Notes: generated by a model not told the origin, from the sequence alone. A stretch of DNA of 64,000 bases from Candidatus Bathyarchaeia archaeon (GCA_038727135.1 JAVYWL010000001.1:160001-224000), one strand, 5' to 3'. Counted from the first letter of the stretch, positions 9,275 through 18,679 are shown. Translations and numbers: made by a program.

Positions 9275-9468
9275 CGACTTTCACGCTCCATTCGAGCTTT
9301 TTCCTCTTCCGCTTGGCGGTCCAGCTCGTTTAGGATTATGATGAATTGTTGGATGGTCTTGGCTGGTTGTCGGGCGAGCTGGCATGGTGTCCAGCCGAAC
9401 TCTTTGCATAGGCGAAACTCCGTTAACGCTTGGTTTGGTTTTTGGCGTCTGATGCTGCGGATAAAAAA
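9259..9468 (-). CDS. gpT-like extension of tail assembly chaperone (-1 frame)
   Basis: -1 frame reads FIRSIRRQKPNQALTEFRLCKEFGWTPCQLARQPAKTIQQF...RWRLK*; no evident independent start. Confidence 0.75.
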   Translation of the reverse strand, partial: FFIRSIRRQKPNQALTEFRLCKEFGWTPCQLARQPAKTIQQFIIILNELDRQAEEEKARMERESRWRLK

Positions 9469-9800
9469 GCTGTTTCCTCAAAGCTGACGCTGTTAAGCCT
9501 ATTGACAATTTGGCTGAATAACTCGCCGAGAGCTATTGGAACGCCCTTTTCTGGGTCTTCGCTGAGAAGCTTTTCAAGGCTAATGGGTTGGTGGGGTGGC
9601 TGCTCTTTAAGCGAAGCCATTATTGTTTCTGCTTGGATGGCTATGTAGTCGCTGCTGATGACTTGCCCTGTCAACGGGTGGTATTTTGTGTATTTTTGGA
9701 TTATGCGGCTCCGCCTCGCCCATGTCAATTCTTGGAAAACGTATTTGCCAGCATACTCCTTGCCGTACTCTTCGCCTATCACAACGGTTTCTGTTCGCAT
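9423..9800 (-). CDS. Tail assembly chaperone (gpG-like)
   Basis: Between tail tube and tape measure; ATG overlaps tube stop (TAATG). Confidence 0.75.
   Translation of the reverse strand: MRTETVVIGEEYGKEYAGKYVFQELTWARRSRIIQKYTKYHPLTGQVISSDYIAIQAETIMASLKEQPPHQPISLEKLLSEDPEKGVPIALGELFSQIVNRLNSVSFEETAFLSAASDAKNQTKR
9462..9468 (-). other. -1 ribosomal frameshift slippery heptamer T TTT TTA
   Basis: GCT TTT TTA in chaperone frame, X XXY YYZ phasing correct. Confidence 0.75.
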
Positions 9801-10675
9801 TAGGCTATCACCACATCCCTTGCTATGAAGCGGGCTTTTAGGTTGACGAGGTCTTCTATGCGTGTTGGTGTTGTCACGCTTTCCCATTTGCAGTACTTGA
9901 ACAAGGCGTAGTTGGAGTCGCCAAGCCCAAATTTTAAGCTGAACTCGCCGTCGTTTACAACGTCTTCAAACTCACCTTTGTCCTCAAACTCGAAAGTTAA
10001 TTCTCCACTTAATTCGCGGTGGCGGGCTGGCAAGTATTTAAGCAGGTGTCCGCTTGTTGTGCGGATGACTGGCACTGGTTTAAGATTGTTTTCTATGGTG
10101 AATTTCCAGTCTGTGACTCGCTCAACCGCCGCTAACCCTGAACCGTCTGCCGTGCCTCGCTGAACAAAGCATTGATGGTATGGAACTGCTCCGGCATAGT
10201 CTGCGTATGTGGCGCCTGTGATTTTGCCAGTCCCAACAGCAACGTCCCGCCCAATAAGCTCAACAGTTGCCTTAACAACCTCGTCTATGCCGCATTCAAC
10301 AGTTAGCTTGTCTACTCGCATGCCCTTGTAGAGGAGGCTGATAATGTCTGTGGCTGAAGTGAATAATCCCTTGTAGTAGAGGATTTGTATGCTTAGGCTG
10401 TTGAGGGTTTGCACATGCTGAACAAAGCTTATAGGCGCGTCGCTGGGTATTATGTGGCTAATCTTTAATGCTGGTTTTAGCAGTCCCCGTTTTAGAGCCG
10501 CCAAGTCTCTGTTGCCTATGCCTCGCACTTGAATGAGGCTTGGATTTAAAGAAGGCTCAATGTTTTCGGCGTTTACTCCAAGCATAGAAGGGTTGGATGG
10601 TGTCTGCCCATACGTGGATTCTTGCACATAGTAGACGCGGCACTCATGCGCCCCATATGTGTCAACCACTTTCAT
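9800..10675 (-). CDS. Tail tube (major tail) protein
   Basis: ESTYGQTP N-terminus, FTIENNL and RELSGELTFEF motifs typical of tube proteins. Confidence 0.8.
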   Translation of the reverse strand: MKVVDTYGAHECRVYYVQESTYGQTPSNPSMLGVNAENIEPSLNPSLIQVRGIGNRDLAALKRGLLKPALKISHIIPSDAPISFVQHVQTLNSLSIQILYYKGLFTSATDIISLLYKGMRVDKLTVECGIDEVVKATVELIGRDVAVGTGKITGATYADYAGAVPYHQCFVQRGTADGSGLAAVERVTDWKFTIENNLKPVPVIRTTSGHLLKYLPARHRELSGELTFEFEDKGEFEDVVNDGEFSLKFGLGDSNYALFKYCKWESVTTPTRIEDLVNLKARFIARDVVIA

Positions 10676-11115
10676 CACGCTCCCAAATTCTCGAATACCC
10701 ATGACCTCAAGACGAACTCGGTTCTGTAAATGACTGGTTTAACATCCACACGGTCAACATCCCGAAAACTAACCACATCTAAATAAGCCAAGGAGCCGAC
10801 TGGGTTAATGCGGTTTTGGCGGATAACCCGCATGACCTCCTCAACCATTTTCTGGCGGACTAGCGGGTCTCGGCTCCAAACGTTAACGCGCATAGCATAT
10901 ACACGTCTGCGAAGTTTGCCGCTTAGCTCAAGTTTTGTGTCGAGGCACTCCGCCAAGCCAACGGTCACATGCCCATCAATCTGCTGTAAAGCTTCTTGGC
11001 TTAGCCATTCACGGCTAACCTGAATTTTGGCAAGGCTTCCATCCTCTTTAACCACCTGCATGTTCTCGCTCAACAGCTGAATGACAACGTCCACAGGGCT
11101 TCCAACTTCGCTCAT
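10675..11115 (-). CDS. Tail terminator-like protein
   Basis: Size and position before tube; RVNVWS strand. Confidence 0.6.
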   Translation of the reverse strand: MSEVGSPVDVVIQLLSENMQVVKEDGSLAKIQVSREWLSQEALQQIDGHVTVGLAECLDTKLELSGKLRRRVYAMRVNVWSRDPLVRQKMVEEVMRVIRQNRINPVGSLAYLDVVSFRDVDRVDVKPVIYRTEFVLRSWVFENLGA

Positions 11116-12497
11116 GCATTTAGCCTCCTGCAACTAGCCCTAAAATAGGCGGTTTCGCCCCTCCAATCGAAGGCTTGAACGCTTAAAACCTCGTAGTCAA
11201 TGCTGCCAACCAAGATTTTATCACGAACACGCAACGGCACGAAAGTATAAACCGTAATGTAGTCGCTTATGACGTAACCCGGCTCCAAAAACACTTCATC
11301 AACCCGCGCTGGAGCGATAAAGGCTTGGATTTCCACGCCTTCGCCATAATTAGCGGATTCGCCGGAAGCCACAAGCGGATAAAGCGTAACCCATCTGCCA
11401 TGAGCCCTAAGCACTTGCGTAAAACGTGTTAAAGGCTCTTCATAGTTGAGGAAAAACCTTGCGAGCCAGCAAACCGTAGCCATAGCCCACTTTTCTTCAA
11501 CTGGGCTGTAGTCCGCATGCTTAACGCCCCAAAACATGAAATTTTCAGCGTATTTCTCTATAATTTTCATGCTGTAGGCGAGGCTTGGCTTGTCATGGTA
11601 TCTGCGAACTTGCCACAAGATGCCAGCGGTAACACCATCATAATAGTCGCATGCTGGAAAACGCGAAACAACGTCTATGTAGCCAGCCCAACAAACAGCC
11701 GGATTATAGGCTGGATACCTGGCGGAAGTCCCTATCGAGTTGAGGAAGTTGTAAACTTTTTGACATGAGGGGCTCCAGCCCTCATAAACGTACAAGCCTA
11801 AAAGCGCATAGGCGAAACAGTCGTCGTAAACCTCGTTTTCCGCCAAACCAACACGATGCCATTTGCCGTCAGAAGGGTCGTAGTAAAGCCATAAACCCTC
11901 AAAGCCTTCTCGGAGAAAATCAGCAGCCTTTCGCATCATGTTTTGGTATAGGCTCGCGTTTGCCACATCGTACTTTTCAGCCAGCATTTTTAAGCCCAAA
12001 AGCCCGTAAAGGCACTCCACATCCAGCTGCAAAAGCCAATTTCCATTAATGTCAACGACCCTTGCAAAACCGCCATAAGGCTGCTGCCCCTGCATAGTCT
12101 TGAGGAAAGTGGCGGCGAGCTTTGCGGCATTCAAATAGTTGTTGTCGCCAGTTAACTCGTAGGCTTTCAGAAGCGCTGGAATAACACGACAGGCGTCCAC
12201 TGCATAATAATAAGTGCTGTTTTCAGCCGATTTGAAACCGCCGTAAGCCCTTTTCTGCTGGTCTGTGCACTGCTGAGTTAAAACCCAATCCGCAAGGCCA
12301 ACAATCCTGTTGTATATGGCTGCTTTGCAGTCGCAGAACTGCTCCGCCCAATAAGCCTCGCAAAGGAAGTCTATAGCGAAGGCGGCCGCAAAGGCAGCTC
12401 TTCCCCACTCATGATCTGGAACGCCCGGCGGTAAAACATAAACGTAGGGCGCATAATCCATGATAAAAGTGTAATAGGCTTCTGGAACTTTTCCCAA
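11112..12497 (-). CDS. (alpha/alpha)6-barrel domain fused to head-closure-like C-terminal domain
   Basis: Repeated helical hairpins (ALLKAYELTGDNNYLNAAKLAATFL); C-terminal ~100 aa beta domain RDKILVGSIDYEVLSV. Confidence 0.6.
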   Translation of the reverse strand: MGKVPEAYYTFIMDYAPYVYVLPPGVPDHEWGRAAFAAAFAIDFLCEAYWAEQFCDCKAAIYNRIVGLADWVLTQQCTDQQKRAYGGFKSAENSTYYYAVDACRVIPALLKAYELTGDNNYLNAAKLAATFLKTMQGQQPYGGFARVVDINGNWLLQLDVECLYGLLGLKMLAEKYDVANASLYQNMMRKAADFLREGFEGLWLYYDPSDGKWHRVGLAENEVYDDCFAYALLGLYVYEGWSPSCQKVYNFLNSIGTSARYPAYNPAVCWAGYIDVVSRFPACDYYDGVTAGILWQVRRYHDKPSLAYSMKIIEKYAENFMFWGVKHADYSPVEEKWAMATVCWLARFFLNYEEPLTRFTQVLRAHGRWVTLYPLVASGESANYGEGVEIQAFIAPARVDEVFLEPGYVISDYITVYTFVPLRVRDKILVGSIDYEVLSVQAFDWRGETAYFRASCRRLNA

Positions 12498-12502
12498 AAG
12501 GC

Positions 12503-12856
12503 TTAAGCCCTCCCAACATAAGGCTGCTTCAAAACGGCTAGAATCCGCTCCAACTCGCTCTGCAAAACGTTCAGCGGCGGAGCATTACCCAGCACGCTTA
12601 CGCTTTTGTCGCCTAGAGTGAAGTTTAGGCCGACAGCCGAGCCGCCGGTCAAATAGCAGATGGCGTATATGGCTGCGAGAAGCGTTATAGCCTCCTTTTC
12701 GGGTTCTGTGCAGTCTGCATAGTCTAAGTCTTTTCCAAGCTCAAGCTCAAGCGCCACCTCAGCCCTCTTAATCATTTTAACAATTTTATCGTCTGAAATG
12801 TCCCCGCTATCCAGGTTTAGAACGTCCCGGACATCAGCCGTAGAGACGCTTGCCAA
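12503..12856 (-). CDS. Head-tail connector (adaptor) protein
   Basis: VSTADVR...ISDDKI..MIKRA helical pattern; SD GAGGTGA upstream. Confidence 0.65.
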   Translation of the reverse strand: MASVSTADVRDVLNLDSGDISDDKIVKMIKRAEVALELELGKDLDYADCTEPEKEAITLLAAIYAICYLTGGSAVGLNFTLGDKSVSVLGNAPPLNVLQSELERILAVLKQPYVGRA

Positions 12857-12891
12857 GGGGCATCACCTCAACAGAATCTTGGAAAGGCAAA

Positions 12892-12908
12892 ATTTAAGCA
12901 ATTTTCAC
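12892..12908 (-). promoter_or_regulatory. BRE/TATA candidate for the neck-tail operon
   Basis: GTGAAAATTGCTTAAAT ~36 nt upstream of TTG 12856. Confidence 0.35.
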
Positions 12909-13093
12909 GTTTTTAAAGCCTTTTTCTGAACAATTTTTTATTTAAACTATAATTTTTAGTTATTTCTTTGAAATGCTTTGTTTTAGGCTTATGCCCTGTC
13001 GATAATAACAGGCGGATTCTAACCTTCCGCGGCGGGAACAAAACATTTTTGAAGACACTTGCTAAAGAGTATAAGGCAATAGAGGTTTGAAAC

Positions 13094-14095
13094 TTGAAAA
13101 TCCAAAAGGTAAAGGTTCTTCTCGTAATATTCATAGTTCTAACGGTTATTGCGCTTATGACGTTTTACGTGGTGCACCAAACCCCGGTGGAGGAGACTAG
13201 AACAGAAACGCTTTGCACATATGAAAGCACGGCGGAATACACCTATTTGGCTTTGGTTAAAACACCAAACAAGGTTTATGACAATGAAAGTGTGATAGGA
13301 CCAGAATATCAAACGCTTTACACAAGGCTTATTCGCCACATAAACGTAACCCTGACATACGAGTTTAACGCAGACCAGCCGCTAGAAGATGTTCAAATAA
13401 CTTACACGGTGACAAGAAGCCTCAAAGCTTCAGCATGGACCTATGAAATAGAAAGAGTCGCCCCGAACACCACTAGTCAAACGCAAATCCAAATCTCGCT
13501 TCCAACAGTAAATAAGACGCTGTTAGACCAGTTGAAGGAGGAAATTGACAAAGAAACAGGGGCTAGCACCACAACATATGCCTTGGAGATTAAGCCAACT
13601 TTTACGGTGAGAGCCAACACCACCGCTGGCAGGATATATCAAGTGTTTACGCCCACCATAACGGTTTCCTTCCAGCGAACCGACAAGGGCGAGGTAACAG
13701 TAATTGAGCCGCTGTATCATTCGAGGGCTGGCGCACTAACAGAGACTGAAACAATAACTCGTCAGGAGGTTGTCAGCCAACGTTACACCTCATACATTTT
13801 AGTTACAATGGCTTTTGCCGGACTAGCCTTCTCAACCCTATTCTATATTAAGACAAGACCGAAAATTGAAAAACCATTGGAGAAAATTATAGCTCCATTC
13901 AAGGATCTGATTATTGAGGCTTTGGAGGCGCCGAAAACTTTGCCGCAGACAACCATAACGGTTAAGGATTTAAGCGAACTGACGAAAATCGCCGAAGTTC
14001 TTGCAAAGCCGATAGTGCACGTGGCTGAAGATCAGGAGCACACATTCTACATAATAGATGAAAGTGTAAGGTATCAGTTTAAAATGAAGGCTTAG
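13094..14095 (+). CDS. DUF5305-like membrane-anchored surface protein
   Basis: N-terminal TM, Thr-rich beta ectodomain, C-terminal TM and V.DLSELTKIAEVLAKPIVH tail; antisense to virion genes. Confidence 0.7.
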   Translation: MKIQKVKVLLVIFIVLTVIALMTFYVVHQTPVEETRTETLCTYESTAEYTYLALVKTPNKVYDNESVIGPEYQTLYTRLIRHINVTLTYEFNADQPLEDVQITYTVTRSLKASAWTYEIERVAPNTTSQTQIQISLPTVNKTLLDQLKEEIDKETGASTTTYALEIKPTFTVRANTTAGRIYQVFTPTITVSFQRTDKGEVTVIEPLYHSRAGALTETETITRQEVVSQRYTSYILVTMAFAGLAFSTLFYIKTRPKIEKPLEKIIAPFKDLIIEALEAPKTLPQTTITVKDLSELTKIAEVLAKPIVHVAEDQEHTFYIIDESVRYQFKMKA

Positions 14096-14105
14096 GCTTC
14101 CGGCC

Positions 14106-15527
14106 CTAATCTCCTGAAAGCTGAAAAGCCAATTCGCCAATAACTAGGAAAAGCCTTGTTTTTCTTACACCCGGCTTGGAAACATAAAATGTGTGGACCA
14201 GCCTGGATTGTTGAAGAAGCCTCATCAGGCGGTGGATTCGCTTAGAAGAATGGGTTAGGTTGAGAAGAACTGGAATCTTTATGACCCTTAGGGGTCTTCT
14301 GAAGGCGTAGATTGGTTTTAAGGCTTGTGCGTATAGCATTTTCCTTTCAGGTCTGCGGAATACATGGGTTGTTTGAATGGCGGCGAACCATTGTTTTAGG
14401 AAAAGCGGAGCCGGCAGCGTCCAAGTCCTTAACACTTTTAAGGCTTGAGTAAACTGCATAAAACGGTGGCGGATAAAAGCGTGAGCCAAGTTTAAAGTTT
14501 GCATTAACTTTAAACTGCGGAAGGGTCTTGAAAAAGCGTGGTTTGTTTTTAATGGTGCGCTCCACGTTATGGTTTGTCCAACGGCGGCAGGTTTGCAGTA
14601 GCCTATAAGGTAAAATTTGATGAGAGTACTGCTTATATAGCCTTCAAAGATTTGCTCGGAATCTAAACCGACAGCGGCGCTTCTACATTCACCTTGGTAA
14701 AGGTTTGTGTTTGCTGTATGGTTGTCTGTGCTTCCATTTTTTCTCACATCGCCTTTATAAGCAGCAGTCGCACTGGCGTTGACCAAGAAGAGTATTGCTC
14801 CGTCTGCGGTTGACTCGGTTTCGCTGGTTATATCGATGTCCGTCCATGCGTTAGTAGAAGTTATGCTTTTGTCTATACCATTAGTAAAAAATGTTATGGG
14901 CTGCTTGGTGTAACCGATAAGCATAACCTTGAAGTTTGTGTTTTCAATATTTGCTTCGAAAATGCGGTTTGAATCTACCCCGCAAAGTTGATAGACGAAC
15001 CTTTTACTGTATCGGATTTGTCCATAAGTAAATGTGTCGCTGCTCCCATTTTTCCGGATACCTCCATAGTAGTTGGTGGCCGTGTCGGCGTTATAAAGGA
15101 GACAAATGACACCTGTGCTTCCTTCGGGAATATTTCCCGACGCATCAACGTCCACCCAATCGCCGGTGGTGCTGGGTGTTTTGTCAACTGCGTTTGTGAA
15201 AAAATCAACCGTTGAATCGCAATATCCAGCAAGGTAAATTTTCACATTTGTGTTTCCGATGTATGCCTCGAAAATGCGGTTTGAGTCCACCCCGACAAAG
15301 GCGTGCCTCGCATAAGTATTGGGAATGTAAAGTCCAAAATTATCTGAACTTCCGTTTTTCCTCACTCCAACATTATACGTTGCGGTTCCAGTATTCATTA
15401 TTTTTAGTATTACGCCCGTGCTTCCTTCAGGGATGTATACTGAAACATCAACGTCCACCCAGCTGCCCGTTGTGCTTGGAGTAACATCTATACCGTTGGT
15501 GAAGAAGTTGAATCCGCTGCCCATCAA
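14106..15527 (-). CDS. Putative fibre/adhesin with three tandem ~100-aa repeats
   Basis: FFTN..D...W.D.D repeated 3x; basic His-periodic C-terminal region. Confidence 0.6.
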   Translation of the reverse strand: MMGSGFNFFTNGIDVTPSTTGSWVDVDVSVYIPEGSTGVILKIMNTGTATYNVGVRKNGSSDNFGLYIPNTYARHAFVGVDSNRIFEAYIGNTNVKIYLAGYCDSTVDFFTNAVDKTPSTTGDWVDVDASGNIPEGSTGVICLLYNADTATNYYGGIRKNGSSDTFTYGQIRYSKRFVYQLCGVDSNRIFEANIENTNFKVMLIGYTKQPITFFTNGIDKSITSTNAWTDIDITSETESTADGAILFLVNASATAAYKGDVRKNGSTDNHTANTNLYQGECRSAAVGLDSEQIFEGYISSTLIKFYLIGYCKPAAVGQTITWSAPLKTNHAFSRPFRSLKLMQTLNLAHAFIRHRFMQFTQALKVLRTWTLPAPLFLKQWFAAIQTTHVFRRPERKMLYAQALKPIYAFRRPLRVIKIPVLLNLTHSSKRIHRLMRLLQQSRLVHTFYVSKPGVRKTRLFLVIGELAFQLSGD

Positions 15528-15808
15528 AGCTTCCTCAATTGTTCAATTAGGCTAACCACGTCGTGCGTCTGTAAAATGGAGAGAAGCTCGACAATTTGTC
15601 TGGAACGCTCCTGTCTTGTAATTTCGTCCACTTCATAGTCTGGTAAAACGCCATTTTCAATGCTTTCCTTTTCATGCAGAAGCCAAAGAACGGCGTGAGC
15701 TTTCTCGAAAAGCTCTCGGCTTATTTTCTTTTCAACATAGTAAAGCCTTGTCAGTTTATCATGTAAAGGCTTCCAAGCATCATCTACGTCTTTGCGGGTT
15801 TTAGACAA
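15524..15808 (-). CDS. Hypothetical protein
   Basis: ORF coupled to 14106-15527 (ATGA overlap). Confidence 0.55.
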   Translation of the reverse strand: MSKTRKDVDDAWKPLHDKLTRLYYVEKKISRELFEKAHAVLWLLHEKESIENGVLPDYEVDEITRQERSRQIVELLSILQTHDVVSLIEQLRKL

Positions 15809-15820
15809 TTAAGCCACCAT

Positions 15821-16309
15821 CTACGGGTTTTGGAATTGCACTTCCACTTCAGCCGTCCACTCTTCACCGCTGCTTTTGGTCCCTTTGCTTGCCACTATAC
15901 GAAGCATGTTTACAGCAGCGTCGCTGCCTCCATTAGCCACTGTAACCTCATTCCAAGCAAAGTTTGCCTCGTTGCTTCCAAAGACACTTCTGAAAACGGC
16001 TTTCTTGTCGCCGGCTTGTGAAGGGCCTTGTGGATAGCCGCTTGCCATGCCCTTATAATACTTGTTTGTGCCTTGAAGCCCCGTTTGACTTTCGCTTTCA
16101 GAGGCTGTTCCGTCGCCCACGCCGATGTAAGCGTTTGAGCTGTTAAAGGGGGTTGCAGTTAATCCCAAAATTAAGTTCCACATTTCATTCATGCCTTCGA
16201 TGAGGAAGCAGTTGTGGCTGCTTTCTTCTACGCTGTAGGGTTTCTGCTCGTAGACACGCCTTTTAATCACACGATACTTCACCAACGCGCCTACTCTAAT
16301 CTTCTCCAT
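15821..16309 (-). CDS. Minor virion structural protein
   Basis: YIGVGDGT...QTGLQG...FGSNEANFAWNE motif seen in phage minor tail/fibre-base proteins; SD GGAGG before ATG 16309. Confidence 0.65.
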   Translation of the reverse strand: MEKIRVGALVKYRVIKRRVYEQKPYSVEESSHNCFLIEGMNEMWNLILGLTATPFNSSNAYIGVGDGTASESESQTGLQGTNKYYKGMASGYPQGPSQAGDKKAVFRSVFGSNEANFAWNEVTVANGGSDAAVNMLRIVASKGTKSSGEEWTAEVEVQFQNP

Positions 16310-16358
16310 TTTCAATCCTCCATTTTGTTTTGGGTTTCTCGCATAAGCGGAAAGCCGC

Positions 16359-16592
16359 CTATGTTCGAGCCACCTCCCGCAAGGTTCCGTCAGCATTCCA
16401 AGAAAAGGTGAGGGTGAAAAGAAGCTCGTCGCCCATAAACGCCTTGAGGGTGTTAACAGTGCCATCAGCGTTCCAAGTAAACGTCAGCTTTGTAACCCTT
16501 TTACCGCTTGGCGGCGCCATAAGCCCGCATAAGGCGCTGTGGACAGCCTTGAAAGCCTCTTCATAACGCCAATAGGGCACCTCTTGGTTCAT
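16359..16592 (-). CDS. Small virion-associated protein
   Basis: Duplicated LTF.WNADGT motif. Confidence 0.55.
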   Translation of the reverse strand: MNQEVPYWRYEEAFKAVHSALCGLMAPPSGKRVTKLTFTWNADGTVNTLKAFMGDELLFTLTFSWNADGTLREVART

Positions 16593-16615
16593 TTTGCTTG
16601 CACTCCTCCATGTTC

Positions 16616-16855
16616 TCAGTGTTTTGCGGTGTCCACGAGCTTCTGAAGCCAAACTGTGATGGCTGTTGGTCCAACAAGCGCCGTGTAAACGTCAAAGGTC
16701 ATTCCAGCCAAGTCCAAGCCAAGAGCAGAGAAAACCGCAATAGCCACTGTCCGCAGGAACTTTCGCCAGTTGAAGGGCTTATCTTGGGCTGCAAATCCGA
16801 GAAAGGCGTAGGTTAAGGCGGCGCCCACGCCTAAACCAATATGTAGAAGGTTCAT
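16616..16855 (-). CDS. Holin-like small membrane protein
   Basis: 79 aa, 2-3 TM segments, FNWRKFLRT; strong SD GGAGGTG. Confidence 0.55.
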   Translation of the reverse strand: MNLLHIGLGVGAALTYAFLGFAAQDKPFNWRKFLRTVAIAVFSALGLDLAGMTFDVYTALVGPTAITVWLQKLVDTAKH

Positions 16856-16964
16856 CCATCCACCTCCTTAATGTTAATGCCTTTTATTGGCTGTTCCGCC
16901 ACTCCAGAAATGGGGAAGCGCATCCATTTTCGAGGGGAGAAAGGAGAAAACCGCAAAAACAGCA

Positions 16965-18185
16965 TTAGGCTTCCTTCCGCCTTTCTGGAGTGGTTTCGGA
17001 GCGCTCCCACAACTCCCAACCCCACTTTGAGGCGTTCTTACGAAACTCTTCTGGGCGGATAAGCCCTAATTCGGCGGCTTTCAACATGTCTGCAACGCTT
17101 ATCTGGGGCGTCTTAGGAGAACCCCAGTTTAGGCGAACCCCAGCCTCAACAGAGTCTAGTCCAGCCTGAAAAAGAACGGGCTTGAAAATGGCGTGTTCCA
17201 CTTGCCGCTTAATGTAGCGTTGAATGGGTTTTATGAGCATATCCTGCAGCTCCAATGCGGCTTTGGCGCTGGCTTCGGTGAAGCCCGGAGTGCTGAAAAG
17301 CCTCGGCAGTGGCGTTTCACAGCCAAGATAGAACTGGTTAACAATGTAGTCGATGTAATATTCAAATCTGGCTCTGGGGTCTATTGTGAGCGGTTTTATG
17401 TCGCCTCTCCCGCTATAGAATAGCCAGACACCCTCTTCTGGGCGGCTCTTAATGGCTTTTTCAAACTTTTGGATAGTGCCGGCGTCAGCCCTCTCCAGTA
17501 GGGCTAAAACGTCTGGTCCGGCATACTTCTCAAAGATTTTTGGCATTATGCGTTCAATTTTTGCTTTCATCCAGGCGTAGGCTGGTCGCCGGTCAGAAAA
17601 GAAGGCAAGCGTATGCAATAGAACCTGTAAAACACCTGTTCCAAAACCGGAAGAGCCTAAACAGTTTATTCGCCAGTGGATAACCGCCTCTGGATTTAGG
17701 GTTTCGCCGCCATAAGCCAAGCGGAGCTTGTAACCCTCAACCTTGTATGGGATTTTCAGTCCGCCATCTTGGATTAGGCTGTACTCGATTTTTTCTACGG
17801 CGTCCACTGGCAACCGCTGGAGACCTGTGAGCCTTTCAGGTGTTATTTTGAGCCAGAAATCGTTTCCACAGGCGATTAGAACTCTTGCCATATCGCATAA
17901 GAGCATGTCCAAATTAGCCTCTTCGTTAAATTGGTCTATGACTCGTTTGGCTTCCCCAGCCCTTGCATAGTTCTCGTTTACCGTTGTGTAGAAGCCCATT
18001 CCAACGGCTGAAGCCGCCAAAAGGTCTACGCTTGCCTTGCATGCTGGATCCCGCTCATAAAGCCTCATAACATCAGCCAACGGAATGCTCGGCGTCTCGT
18101 AGACCATTTGAGGTTCTACGGAAGCGTAGCCGCTATGCCTCTTCAAAGTGAAAGCTTCAATGAGCCTTCTTAAAACGCCGCTCAT
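16965..18185 (-). CDS. Portal protein
   Basis: LIACGNDFW, VIHWRIN...GFGTG, IKPIQRYIKRQVE portal-type motifs. Confidence 0.8.
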   Translation of the reverse strand: MSGVLRRLIEAFTLKRHSGYASVEPQMVYETPSIPLADVMRLYERDPACKASVDLLAASAVGMGFYTTVNENYARAGEAKRVIDQFNEEANLDMLLCDMARVLIACGNDFWLKITPERLTGLQRLPVDAVEKIEYSLIQDGGLKIPYKVEGYKLRLAYGGETLNPEAVIHWRINCLGSSGFGTGVLQVLLHTLAFFSDRRPAYAWMKAKIERIMPKIFEKYAGPDVLALLERADAGTIQKFEKAIKSRPEEGVWLFYSGRGDIKPLTIDPRARFEYYIDYIVNQFYLGCETPLPRLFSTPGFTEASAKAALELQDMLIKPIQRYIKRQVEHAIFKPVLFQAGLDSVEAGVRLNWGSPKTPQISVADMLKAAELGLIRPEEFRKNASKWGWELWERSETTPERRKEA

Positions 18186-18189
18186 AAGC

Positions 18190-18429
18190 CTACAAGCCCT
18201 CCAGAAGCTTCAAACCCTTCTCTGTTATCATGTATGGTGCACGGTGACGCCTCTCGCTTTTCGCCACGTAGCCGCCTTGAACAAGGTATCGGAATATCCC
18301 CTCGAAGGCGCTGTGGGTTCCAAACTGGCGGATAGTCCTCTTCTCCAGCTCTGTCCTGCCCAGCGGGCGTTTTTTAAGCTCTGAAAGTACAATCTTCGCC
18401 AAGTGCAGCCTGTCGCCGAGCTTACGCAT
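18190..18429 (-). CDS. Winged-helix DNA-binding protein
   Basis: YLVQGGYVAK...YMITEKGLKLL. Confidence 0.7.
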   Translation of the reverse strand: MRKLGDRLHLAKIVLSELKKRPLGRTELEKRTIRQFGTHSAFEGIFRYLVQGGYVAKSERRHRAPYMITEKGLKLLEGL

Positions 18430-18679
18430 CAGCCATAACCTCCACAGGCTTTTGCGTGCCATAAAAATTGGGGTGGTGGCGGGTGCAAACCATTAGGACT
18501 TGCATTTCCCTTAAGCCGTCCAACCCGTAGGTTTTCGGCGCAGTGTCAGGCGTGTAGGGCGTCATCTCCTCTCCGCATATTGGGCAGATGCGCCAGCAGT
18601 CGCAGACTACGGCGTCTTGTCTGCTTCGCAGATGGTGGGTTCTGCCGCATTTCTGGCATTTTGCAACAAGAGTTTCCAT
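18422..18679 (-). CDS. Zinc-finger protein
   Basis: CQKC, CDC, CPIC, C..H. Confidence 0.7.
   Translation of the reverse strand: METLVAKCQKCGRTHHLRSRQDAVVCDCWRICPICGEEMTPYTPDTAPKTYGLDGLREMQVLMVCTRHHPNFYGTQKPVEVMADA

Noticed and set aside
9281-9508. 75-aa minus-strand ORF in the track as the chaperone extension
   Set aside because: Wrong frame; the -1 frame ending at 9259 carries the gpT-like motif
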